A stretch of DNA of 62,925 bases, filler included, from Thraustochytrium aureum (taxonomy: Eukaryota), in the NCBI GenBank assembly GCA_012862495.1. It is 6 parts of 3 records of this genome, joined end to end, with 100 filler letters (N's around TTAATTAATTAA, not from the genome) between each part and the next. Parts side by side here need not be neighbours in the genome. Positions count along the whole stretch, not along the records: positions 1 to 11,887 come from BLSG01000091.1; 5 more parts are not named here. One strand, given 5' to 3'. The translations under genes were made by a program, and so were the position numbers. Position 1 is the stretch's first letter. Each line of letters starts with the position of its first letter. Below the pieces are notes generated by a model. The model was not told the origin of the DNA, searched no databases, and saw nothing but the letters and a program-made list of their open reading frames with translations. Below, in pieces: positions 1 to 9,521 of the stretch.

Positions 1-806
1 GACAGCTGTTCGAGCTCCGCGCGAGGCTCGCTCAACTCCTTCACAAAAGATTCATCGCACCTCAACGCTTCTCGAAAGCGCTGCACGAGCCTGCGCTCAA
101 GGAGGGGAGGGAGAAAGCGCGGGTCTGACATCTTGGGCCTTTTTTTGTGCGGCGACCTGGCGACGATGGCAGCCACCTCCTGAATTTGGGCATTCGCGTC
201 GATTTCACCATGCGCGGTGACGTCATCCCCGGTCAGTGCGGCGGCCGCGGCCGAGTTGTCAGGCTCCTGTACGCTAGTGGCAACTTGACTGGGGGCCGTT
301 CGCCCGACGCTCCCCTCCTTGGCAGGGTCTGCCAGTCCACTTTCAGCGGTTGATTGAGCAGGCTGCAGCGGCTCACTCGAATTCGAAGAATCGAGTCCGC
401 TGCCGGCCGCTCGGTCAGAGCCCTTGCGCTTCAAAGTGGCAGACGAGGTCCTGCTCCTACGCGTCGCATGCTCAGCGCCCACCCCTGCGGGCGCCCCTGC
501 CTGCCCATCTCCTGCGTGCAAGGCGTGCGGCGCTCCACCTGCGGCGCTTTCCGCTTCCGCAGGGCCAGCGTCCTCCTCTGCAGGGGATGCTGCGCGACCA
601 GGCGCATCAGCAGGTATTGGGCCTTTCTTCCCGCCCGTCCAGAGTGCGTTTTGCGACGCCCGAGAGTTGGGCTCAGCCTCCTCGACCTTGCCGTCCTCGC
701 GCTCGGCGCTATCCCTCACCGACGCCTGATCGTCCGCCAGCGCATCCTCCGCGCGTTTGCCGTCCTTGCGCGGCCTCGGCCCGTGGGCCTCGCCAGCTGT
801 CGCCAT
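1..806 (-). CDS. Hypothetical protein, N-terminal part (runs off the window start); low-complexity acidic/Ala-rich N-terminus
   Basis: Manual translation: ATG at 806 opens a stop-free frame to position 1 (MATAGEAHGPRPRKDGKRAEDALADD...LERRLVQRFREALRCDESFVKELSEPRAELEQL). It is absent from the ORF track because it has no stop, and it is divergent from the GH5 gene. Confidence 0.55.
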   Translation of the reverse strand, partial: MATAGEAHGPRPRKDGKRAEDALADDQASVRDSAEREDGKVEEAEPNSRASQNALWTGGKKGPIPADAPGRAASPAEEDAGPAEAESAAGGAPHALHAGDGQAGAPAGVGAEHATRRSRTSSATLKRKGSDRAAGSGLDSSNSSEPLQPAQSTAESGLADPAKEGSVGRTAPSQVATSVQEPDNSAAAAALTGDDVTAHGEIDANAQIQEVAAIVARSPHKKRPKMSDPRFLPPLLERRLVQRFREALRCDESFVKELSEPRAELEQL

Positions 807-1079
807 TGGGCCTGAGGCCGCCCGGGCTCGGGATTGGGTCCAAAATGCCGCGATCTCCCGCGAGAATGTCGCGATCGCCCCGCGATCTCTCCGCGCCCGC
901 AGACAAGACAACCAGCTCGCCCCGCGCGCCTCCACGCAGGCAGGCAGGCAGGCAGGCAGGCCGTCTGCGCGGCAGTCTGGCGAGGTCCCTGGGGTCCGTC
1001 GCGGGCCGCGCGCAGAGTGAAAGGTGACTGGACCACGAACGAGCTTTCGTCAGTAGAACCTCTCTCGTGGCGCGCCGCC

Positions 1080-2804
1080 ATGGGCGAGCTGCAGCTGCCC
1101 TCGCGCTCCATGCCGCTCCGGCGGGCCGCCGTACTGGTGCTGCTTGTCCTGTGGCTCTGCGCTGCGCTGGCGCGTTGCGGCGGACTCGGGGAGATCGGCG
1201 AGGTTGCTGTGCGGGACGAGCTCGAGGAGCTCGAAACGAGGTGGCTCCGCGTGAGCCCTCGAGGCGAGTTCGTGGACAGGCACGGACGCGTTCGCCTGTT
1301 TCATGGAACGAACGTGGTCGAGAAACGCGCTCCCTACCTGCCTGTGCGACGCGGCGCGCGATGCGAGAGCGAGTTTGGCAGGGCGCTGTGCAGATCGGAC
1401 ATCCAGCAACTCGCCGCCTGGGGCTTCAACGCGGTGCGCCTGGGCGTGATGTGGGAGGCCGTCGTGCCTCGCGAAGGCTGGGTGAATGAGACGTACTTGG
1501 ACGAGGTGCGCGACTTGATTTTGGAGCTCCACGAGCACGGGATCGCCACACTCGTGGATGCGCATCAGGACCTCCTCGGCGCTGCAATGTGCGGCGAGGG
1601 CATGCCTGACTGGGCTGTCCAAAATGGCCTTGCGGCTCGAGGGCTGGAACAGCACGCACGAAGGCTTCTTTTCGTTTCCGTTTCCGCTGCCGTTCGCGAT
1701 CCCTCTGGACGGGCGCGGCTTTCCAGACCCTCGCGAATGCGTCAAACACGGCGACTTTGGGCAATTCTACGCCGCGCTCAAGACGCAGACGGTTCTTGGC
1801 GCGCTGTATCGGAGGGAGGAAATGTGGGACGCGTTTGCCTTTTCGTGGCGTGCCGTCGCGCGCGCATTGCGTGGTGTACCTGTGCTTGGTTTTGAGCTGC
1901 TGAATGAGCCAATGGCATTCCTCGCCACGGGCCCAGTGGACGTTGTGACTGCGAGCCTGTCGGATCGAAAGTCGTTGCTGCCGCTGTACCAGCGTCTCCA
2001 CGCCGCGATTCGAGAGGAGGACGAGGAGGTCATCATCTTTTTGAGGGAGGACTCGCTGGCGAATACCTGGGCCTCGTCCACTCTGACTGGGTGACAGACT
2101 TGGATGCCGACGTGGCCTCGCCTGGCGGACGGAGCTTTCGCGACCGACAAGCGTTTTCGTATCACATCTATTGCTCTACGAACGACCAGGGCTCGCCAGA
2201 GCCGTGGTTGCCATGCGAGCTGTTTCTCGAGCGGTCATGGACGATTTCGGACGACGCCCGCCGTCGGGCCGGCGGCGGAGCGGGCATGCTGACCGAGTTT
2301 GGAGCGGTGGGCGCTTCTGGAAACTCTGCCAAGCTCTTGTCGCGCATGGCCGACGAGGCAGACAAGCGGCTCCAGAGTTGGATGTACTGGCAGTACAAGG
2401 CGTTTGATGACATTACCACCAGCAACCCGCGCACGGAGACGTTCTACTTTGATAACGGCACTCTTCAGCAAGACAAAGTTGGTGCGCTCGCGCGCCCTTA
2501 CGCGCAAGCGGTCGCCGGCCGGCTGCAGCAGATGCAGCTTTCCAGAGATGGAGCGACGTTCCGGCTTGTTTACGTCCCCAACGAAGGCGCAGGCGCGGCA
2601 GCAGAGTCGATTATCTACCTTGGGACTCACACGCCAGAGAGTGTGGTGGTGAGGCCGACGAGCGGGACCTTCCAGTCCATGATGACTCGGCATGGCGCGC
2701 AGTTTCTTGTCGTGTCGCACGATTCGGCCAAACTTGCGCCGGGAGCCGCAGTGAGCGTCGAAGTGGTCTTCAGCCAAACACGTACAACAGAAGCCGAACG
2801 CTGA
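1080..2804 (+). CDS. Secreted GH5 endoglycoceramidase-like glycoside hydrolase (two 1-bp frameshifts, at ~1621 and ~2040)
   Basis: Signal-peptide-like AAVLVLLVLWLCAALA. Motifs HGTNVVEK, WGFNAVRLGVMWEAV, VDAHQD, CGEGMPDW, acid/base FELLNEP, FSYHIYC, nucleophile LTEFG, SWMYWQYK and RPYAQAVAG are spread over three frames that join at homopolymers. Adding one T restores IIFFE. Confidence 0.85.
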
Positions 2805-2867
2805 CAGCAGAATTGTTATTTCTTTCTCTTTTGATTCGCGGTTGAGGAGCTATGTACTCACTCTCAA

Positions 2868-4949
2868 CTACTGAAACTCGACGAGCAGCGCCTTGTCGAT
2901 GCGGCGGATCGCGGCCAACCCTTCTTCGGACTCTGCCATCCCCGCGAGCTGCTGCCGGAGGCCGCCAAGCCGCTCGAAGTCGTACTCTGCCGGAGGCCGA
3001 GACAGCTGGATATCCACGAGCCCCAAGACACGGTCTCGCTCGGCACGGATCACCGACTCGGGGAGGAAAGATTGCGCAGAGTCCGTTGCCCAGAGAGACA
3101 TGGCTCGGATTTTGAGCAGTATGCGCGCCTTGAGCGGGCTTACGAGGATCATTTCTTTCTCTCGTCGCGCCAGCGCTCGCGAGAAGAAGGGCATAACGGC
3201 CTCCAGCTTTGGTTTCGGGTACAGCGATGCTTCGCGGCGCACCTCGATGGTGGCGTGCATTTGCTCAAGCACGTCGCTAATGCTTGCCTCCAGCTTGCTG
3301 GCGCTCTCGCGGGCCGCGACGAGCACCTCCGCGAGGGCCACAGCCAATCGCCGTGTCTCGTGGACGGGGAAGAGCTCTGGCGGGCACATCCTCGTCGCAT
3401 GTAGGTGCGCCTTTGCTTCGTGAATGCGCCTGATCCACTCGCAACACTTGGCGTCGCCGACGAGTTGGCGCACCGAGCACATGTTGACTGGCCATGCGAA
3501 ATCTGCGATAGTGGAGTGCTTGTTGAAGGAGCGCTTGCGCATTATGGCCATGGAGACGGGTCCGACAAGAAACACAAGCCCAAGTGCACCTGCGTTGAGC
3601 GCGACGAGCGACAAGCCCATCGACGGGCCAACCGTCAAGGCGTTTCGAACTCCCGTAGCTGTGAGCGACCCGAGGTACAAGTTCGCAGCCAGATTCCACT
3701 CCAGCACGACTTGGACGCGGTGCACATACGCGCAGCGAAACGCGGGCTTTAGCGTGACTGCCGCAGCGAATGCGGCTGCGGTCCAGCTCAGGAGCAGCCC
3801 AAGAGGTCGCGGGTAGTCCCGTACCGCGAAAAGCAGGACTATGATCGCCACCTTGCGAAGAGCCAGAAGCAAGGGCAGGTACGCCCAGGTTCGGCGCAGC
3901 GAGCTCTGGTGGCGAAAGTGATCTACGAACCACTCTGGGTCCAGCTTGAGCATCCACTCGAGCTCCTTTTGCTCGGTGTACGCCTGGTGGCGCTTTTGTG
4001 TGGAGCTTGCTAGCGTGGCCCGTATGCGGCGCTGCAGCACGCGAAGGGCGACGAGGCCCGGCAGGGCGAGGCCAAGGCTGGCAACCAGGCTCCATGCTTG
4101 GTCGCTGCTCGCGCATGCGAGCACAGGCCCCAGCTCAAGTGTTCGGACATCTTCGGCCGAAGCAGAGGCGACGGCTTGCAGACACCGCGTTGAACGCGCG
4201 AGCAAGAGCGTCGTGGGCGCAACGAGGAACTCTGCGGCGCGCACAGCCCAGAACGACAGGTTGATCCAGTCGAATCGGAACGCGCTGCGCCGGGCCACAA
4301 CGGCGAGAAGGAGCGCAGCTGCGACGCCAAACAAGACCATGCCGTAGATGGCGGCAAAGTTGGCGCCGAAAGATGCGCTGCTTGAGCCGTCGACGCGGCT
4401 AGCGTCTTGGAAGGCCTGCAGCGCCCAAACGTCCACGTTTGCGAAGAGGGCAACCTGTGTTACTCTCAGGTAGGAGACTGGCCAGCCCCAGGAGCGCCCT
4501 AAAAGCCAGACCAGTCCGTGCACTTGGAGGGAATCAAATAGCAACGCCGCAATGTCGTACCAGACGAGGGAGACGCCTCGGGGCCCGTCGTCGTAGCAAC
4601 TCACGTGCTTCACCGCCGTCGCCTTCGCTATCACTTTGTTCCACTTGCTCAGCGTAGACTCGCGCGTGAGACGGCTTTTGACAGGCGCTCTTGCCGGCAG
4701 CTCCTCCGGGGCTGGGCTCTCGATGTCTGGCTTTTGCTGCTTAGGTGCAGCCTTGGACATCCGCTTCTGCAGCGCCACGACGTCCTCCTCGCCCTCCGGA
4801 GCAACAAAGCTTCTCGGCAGGTTTTGCAGTACGCTCAGCGGCTGCGCATCCAATTCCGCTCCGTTTTTAAGCTCCTCAGCCGTTTGCGAGCGCCATGCTG
4901 CAGTTTCCGGCGTCACCGTCGCTGTCCGGGCTGCCGGAAGCACATCCAT
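2868..4949 (-). CDS. Hypothetical multi-pass transmembrane protein
   Basis: Long ORF (likely start MDVLPAA at 4949) with about 8-9 hydrophobic segments followed by a helical soluble C-terminus. Confidence 0.7.
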   Translation of the reverse strand: MDVLPAARTATVTPETAAWRSQTAEELKNGAELDAQPLSVLQNLPRSFVAPEGEEDVVALQKRMSKAAPKQQKPDIESPAPEELPARAPVKSRLTRESTLSKWNKVIAKATAVKHVSCYDDGPRGVSLVWYDIAALLFDSLQVHGLVWLLGRSWGWPVSYLRVTQVALFANVDVWALQAFQDASRVDGSSSASFGANFAAIYGMVLFGVAAALLLAVVARRSAFRFDWINLSFWAVRAAEFLVAPTTLLLARSTRCLQAVASASAEDVRTLELGPVLACASSDQAWSLVASLGLALPGLVALRVLQRRIRATLASSTQKRHQAYTEQKELEWMLKLDPEWFVDHFRHQSSLRRTWAYLPLLLALRKVAIIVLLFAVRDYPRPLGLLLSWTAAAFAAAVTLKPAFRCAYVHRVQVVLEWNLAANLYLGSLTATGVRNALTVGPSMGLSLVALNAGALGLVFLVGPVSMAIMRKRSFNKHSTIADFAWPVNMCSVRQLVGDAKCCEWIRRIHEAKAHLHATRMCPPELFPVHETRRLAVALAEVLVAARESASKLEASISDVLEQMHATIEVRREASLYPKPKLEAVMPFFSRALARREKEMILVSPLKARILLKIRAMSLWATDSAQSFLPESVIRAERDRVLGLVDIQLSRPPAEYDFERLGGLRQQLAGMAESEEGLAAIRRIDKALLVEFQ

Positions 4950-5226
4950 GACGGCTCGGCGCAGCTCGGCGCAGCTTGACGCCAGCCAGCAGCGAGCGCA
5001 AGGAGGCTCGATCGATGCCGCGCTACTCTGGTACCTGAATCCTCCTGCACCGCGCGCGTTGCGAGTCTGTCGCCAAGCCCGAGGCCTCGGCAACGGCCAA
5101 AGGAGCAAAGCCGAGTTTTGGTCCGGTCATTCACACTTTCAAACAAGATATAGCCGTTGTGGTGGATGGACTTGACGCGCCATTGGGCATGCCGGATGCG
5201 CAGAGGCCAAGCCGCTCTCGGTTGAG

Positions 5227-5262
<36 letters not shown>

Positions 5263-5857
5263 TAGCCAGCCAGTCAGCTTGCCAGGCAGCTTGCCAGGCA
5301 GGTGCAGTTCTGGCCGTGTCTGCCGACCTCGACCTGCGAGATGGACAGGTCNNNNNNNNNNNNNNNNNNNNNNNNNNNNNNNNNNNNNNNNNNNNNNNNN
5401 NNNNNNNNNNNNNNNNNNNNNNNNNNNNNNNNNNNNNNNNNNNNNNNNNNNNNNNNNNNNNNNNNNNNNNNNNNNNNNNNNNNNNNNNNNNNNNNNNNNT
5501 TCCACCGCCGCCGCTGTCGCGGCCGAGCATGAATAATGTGGGGCTGAGAGTGCCACCTCCGCCGTCATCGTCGCTTGACGGTCGCTCCACGCGGGTGCCG
5601 CCACCGCCGCGGGCAGCAGCGTTTGCCGCCGCGGACGCAGCTAGGCAAGGCTGGGCCGACGCGGGTTTTCCCGCCGCAAAGCTGCGCGGCCAGGTCCTCC
5701 CTCCTTCCGCGCTGGGGAAAGCACGCCATGGCGGACCTGCCGCTGACGGACGCGGAGGCGCAATTGTGGCGCGACAACCAACGGGGTTTGGCGAAGCAGC
5801 AACCCAGTCGACGAGGCGGATACTCCCGCGCGGGGGCCGCCGCCCCCATCCGGGCTC

Positions 5858-7987
5858 ATGCCGGCCGAGAACACTGCAGCGCAGTTTGGCGCCACCGCGA
5901 CAAGCAAGGCGGATTCCACCCCGCTCGTAGACGAGAGCTTCTCTTGTAACAAATGCGGCAAGTCGTTCAAGAAGGTGGCGCACTTGATCGTGCACTCCCG
6001 GACGCACAAGGGCAACGCAACAGCCACCTCGGCGGCCTCGGCGCCAGCAGCGGCAGCAGCAGCAGCAGCAGCAGCAGAGGACGCTCCAAAGGACACGCAG
6101 TGGATCGAAGAGTTTGCAAAAGGACTGTACAACCTCGCTCGCACCGAGGGCATGCTCGAGCGAACAGGAAGCGGACTCCATTTGCACGAACGAGGTACGC
6201 CGCCACTTGAAAGGCGAAGTACGATCGCAAACCACGTCCAGCGCGAGCCGAGCGAGGCGCAGCGCTGGTTTGGTCGAGGCGGGCGCATCCCGCCGCCGCC
6301 AGAGGGCCCACCGCCCTCCGCCGTGTTGCTCCGGGCAAAGAGCATGCCGGCGCTAAAGGGCATCACAGGCGGCGGCCCAGCTCTCGCGGCGCAAAGCAGC
6401 GAGGACCAAGAGGAAATCGCTCGAACCGAGGCGCGCGCCAAGTCGCTTCGGACAGAAATCGCCGAGATGAAAGGCCGCAAAGAAAGCGCACTGCGCGCCC
6501 GGCTCCAGGAAAACAAAGACATAGACATGCAGGAGATCGAGTGGGAGCTTGAGCAAGTGCAGCTCGAGCTGCGGCGGGTTGAGTCGCACGAGGGCCTATT
6601 CATCGATAGCCGCGTCGCTTCATCCTCGGGCCGCGTGCAACGGTGGGCGAAGGAGGACCTTGCGAAGAAGTTGATTCAATTGGAGTCTGAGCTCACGTAC
6701 CGGCTCAGGGTGGAGGTTGGCAAGGTTCGCGCCGAGGAAGACAAGCACCCCGAGTACGGCTCGGAAGCACAGCGTGTGAGGGAGTCTGAGCTAGCAAAGC
6801 TGGAGGCCCGAGTGGGCGACATGCGGCAGCGGTCCACCCGGCGCCAGACGACTCTGCACGGACGATTTGCAGGCGCTACCACGCGCTCTATTGCGGACGG
6901 CACCGGTCTGGGCCCAGCTGACGCGGCACGGCAGGCCGCTCATCAGGCGCTGATGCTTCACGCCAAGCGCCGCGACGCGGCAGAGGCCGAGCGACTGTAT
7001 CGGCGCGCGGTCGAGGAGCTCAAGTGCGAGGACGCGACCGTTCTAGGCAACTTTGCTCTCTTCCTATCAGAGCGGTGGTCTGCAGAGGCCACACAGGAGG
7101 CCTGCTGGTCGGCGTTGGGCAGCGATGAGCGACCGCAGTCCCCAACGCTTCGCGGGCGCAACGATGAAGCGGACAGGCTGTTCCGCGCGGCAATCAGGCG
7201 CGACCCGATGCACGCCAACAACCTGGCCAACTACGCGACCTTCTTGAAGAACAACCTGAAAGACTACGACCGCGCCGAGCAATACTTTGAGCGCTCGTGC
7301 CGCGCCAACCCGCGCAGCGCGGCGACCGTGGGCAACTACGCCAACTTTTTGTTCAAAGTCCGCAAAGACGTCGGTCGAGCCGAGCGCATGTTTCAGCGCG
7401 CTCTCGACGTGGGGCCAGACCACGTCAACAACATGTGCAACTATGCAAGTCTGCTCAAGAAGCTGGGCAAGGCCAGCCAGGCCGAGGCGCTCTACCGGCG
7501 CGCGTTGCAAGCGCAGCCGCGCAACGCCACGGTGCTCTCGAACTATGCCAACATGCTGGCCAAGCGCTGCTCTCCGGACGACACGAGCCCGGAGGCGCTG
7601 CAGTGCCTGCACAAAACGCAAGAGCTCTACCTGCAAGCGCTTAGCGCGGACCCTGCGCACCGCACGGCTCGGCGCAACTACATGCTCTTTTTGCGCGACT
7701 TCCCGGCGATCAGGGCCAAGCAGAACGAGCGGGTCATTGTGGACGCACGGCTGCGCGCTAGGGCCGGGGAGGCGGGTGGCCGAGGGCGGCCGCGGTCGCC
7801 AGGACAAGTCCGGCGGCCGAGGTCGAGGTCGCCGCACAGCGGCGGAGCGCGGCCCTTGTCGCCCCCGTCATCCGCGTCATCGAGTAGTTGGGCCGCGCTG
7901 GCACTGGGGAGCGGCTTTCGGGGCAAACGTCGAGACCAGGTTGGCAGCGTCCTGAGCGGCAGGGAGGAGTGGGTCCTCCAGGCCTAG
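5858..7987 (+). CDS. C2H2 zinc finger + coiled-coil + TPR-repeat protein (true start may lie upstream, across frameshifts or the gap)
   Basis: FSCNKCGKSFKKVAHLIVHSRTH zinc finger; tandem TPRs such as ANNLANYATFL...DYDRAEQYFERSCRANP and VNNMCNYASLL...AEALYRRALQAQP. Confidence 0.8.
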   Translation: MPAENTAAQFGATATSKADSTPLVDESFSCNKCGKSFKKVAHLIVHSRTHKGNATATSAASAPAAAAAAAAAAEDAPKDTQWIEEFAKGLYNLARTEGMLERTGSGLHLHERGTPPLERRSTIANHVQREPSEAQRWFGRGGRIPPPPEGPPPSAVLLRAKSMPALKGITGGGPALAAQSSEDQEEIARTEARAKSLRTEIAEMKGRKESALRARLQENKDIDMQEIEWELEQVQLELRRVESHEGLFIDSRVASSSGRVQRWAKEDLAKKLIQLESELTYRLRVEVGKVRAEEDKHPEYGSEAQRVRESELAKLEARVGDMRQRSTRRQTTLHGRFAGATTRSIADGTGLGPADAARQAAHQALMLHAKRRDAAEAERLYRRAVEELKCEDATVLGNFALFLSERWSAEATQEACWSALGSDERPQSPTLRGRNDEADRLFRAAIRRDPMHANNLANYATFLKNNLKDYDRAEQYFERSCRANPRSAATVGNYANFLFKVRKDVGRAERMFQRALDVGPDHVNNMCNYASLLKKLGKASQAEALYRRALQAQPRNATVLSNYANMLAKRCSPDDTSPEALQCLHKTQELYLQALSADPAHRTARRNYMLFLRDFPAIRAKQNERVIVDARLRARAGEAGGRGRPRSPGQVRRPRSRSPHSGGARPLSPPSSASSSSWAALALGSGFRGKRRDQVGSVLSGREEWVLQA

Positions 7988-8223
7988 CTTTTGCAAAGAC
8001 AAAAAAACAAGAAAAGGAACGCCTTCCCCACAAAAACGCACATTGGGCTCGGATTTCTCGCAAACGACAACACGAGTAAGGGCGTCGAAGCCCAAGTCCG
8101 CCTGCCTGGCGCGAGCCGGCTCACGCCAAGCCCGCTCTGCGCGCAACAAACCCTTGCTTGCGCGCGGCGGGTCGAGCGCCGCCCCAGTCGGGCTGCCGCG
8201 CGTGGCAATGGAGGGTCCACCGT

Positions 8224-8725
8224 CTAGGCCTTTGGGCCCTTTTTCTTCTTGCCCTTGCTTTCCTCGGTGTTCTTGAGAAGGCCCGCTCGCTTAAACTCGC
8301 GATCATACAAGTCGGTCGCCCGCGCGGCGGCTTTGGAGGCATAGTACTCTTTGATGTCGTCGTCCATCTTGGCCATCGCTGCCTCGATGCCTGCCACGCG
8401 CTCTTCGCGCTTGCGCCAGCGCAGTTTGCCCTTCGGTTCGCGCATCACGACCGCCTTGTTCCCGTGCTCCCACATGGGGTCCCACTCGCCCTTCTCGATA
8501 TCGGCCCCAACGAAGCACCTGCGGCAGCCGCCAACCCGACCCGCACCGTCAGCGCCCTTCCGCCCTTCCGCGCACCGGCCGCGCCCGCCCGCAGGGCACT
8601 TACTTCCCGTTCAATACCGCATTCTTCCTGATCGCATTCGCCATCCTGGGCCTGATCGCCGGCGCGACCCACTTGCCGCTCGCCTTCTTGACCGGCAGCA
8701 GCGCCGCGGGCAGCCTGAACGCCAT
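8224..8725 (-). CDS. Mitochondrial ribosomal protein mL59 (yeast MrpL25-like); 2 exons, 8725-8604 and 8518-8224
   Basis: An 85-nt GTAAGT...GCTGAC...CCGCAG intron (8519-8603) joins the exons in frame: MAFRLPAALLPVKKASGKWVAPAIRPRMANAIRKNA...EPKGKLRWRKREERVAGIEAAMAKMDDDIKEY. This matches the two mL59 blocks (LP.K..GKW..P; KG...R..E.R...I..A...M...I.E). Confidence 0.72.
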
Positions 8726-8981
8726 CCCGCACCCCCGCCGGACCAAACACGACGCCCGCGGCCAAAAGCTACAGCGAATGCCGCGCGACAGACACGCTCC
8801 CGGCGCCTGCAGCCGACACTATCGCTTACGCCTCTGCTCCTGCCTCTGCCGCCGCTGCTGCTGCCTGCGCCGCTGCTGCCGATTGCTCTGCGACCGCCTG
8901 CCACTCGCGCTTGTCCTCCTGCGACGCACACGCGCCCGCCAGAGGGCGCCCCGCCTCGAAGCACCCTCTCGACGGCTGCCA

Positions 8982-9183
8982 GGTAACTTACGCCTCGCCA
9001 AGGCGGTTAGCTACCGGGAGACGGTGCTCCGGAGCAGGGCGGGGAGGTTGCTTACGGGCCCGCGCTGGGTAAGTTACGCCGGTTTGGGCGTTGGTTACGT
9101 CGTGCGGCTGGCTGGGCTCGCAAGGGAGGGGACGTTGCTTACGAGGGGCGGCAGGTTGGTAACGCGGCGGAGCGTATGTTACC
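8982..9183. promoter_or_regulatory. Array of 8 degenerate palindromic motifs (consensus SGTWRSYWACS) in a divergent intergenic region
   Basis: Cores: GTAACTTAC 8983, GTTAGCTAC 9006, GTTGCTTAC 9047, GTAAGTTAC 9069, GTTGGTTAC 9090, GTTGCTTAC 9134, GTTGGTAAC 9155, GTATGTTAC 9174. Spacings are 23, 41, 22, 21, 44, 21 and 19 bp. The function is inferred. Confidence 0.5.
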
Positions 9184-9259
9184 GACGCGGCTCTGGCACA
9201 ACGAATCGGCAATTCATCCATGAACAGAACAGATCGCCAAGCTGCGCCCGAGCGAGCTA

Positions 9260-9329
9260 GCTGCCCTGCTGCCTTGCTGCCTTGCTGCCCTGCTGCCTTG
9301 CTGCCTTGCTGCCTTGCTGCTGCTGCTGC
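9260..9329. repeat. (GCTGCCYT)n octamer microsatellite grading into (GCT)n
   Basis: About 7 tandem GCTGCCTT/GCTGCCCT units are seen directly. Confidence 0.9.
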
Positions 9330-9521
9330 GCGCCAACCCCACGCGGCGGCTGCGCTTTCGAAAGGCGACCGGCCCCGAACACCGCCGTCCCTGGCCGGCG
9401 CGCCCAGAACACCGATCGCCTCGAGCAGACAGAGCTGCAGCGTCGCGTGCAGGCTGGCGTGCGTGCGGGCTGCGAGCGCCTTGACGGCCCGCGCCCCGAC
9501 TGCTGCTCGGACTCTGGCGGG

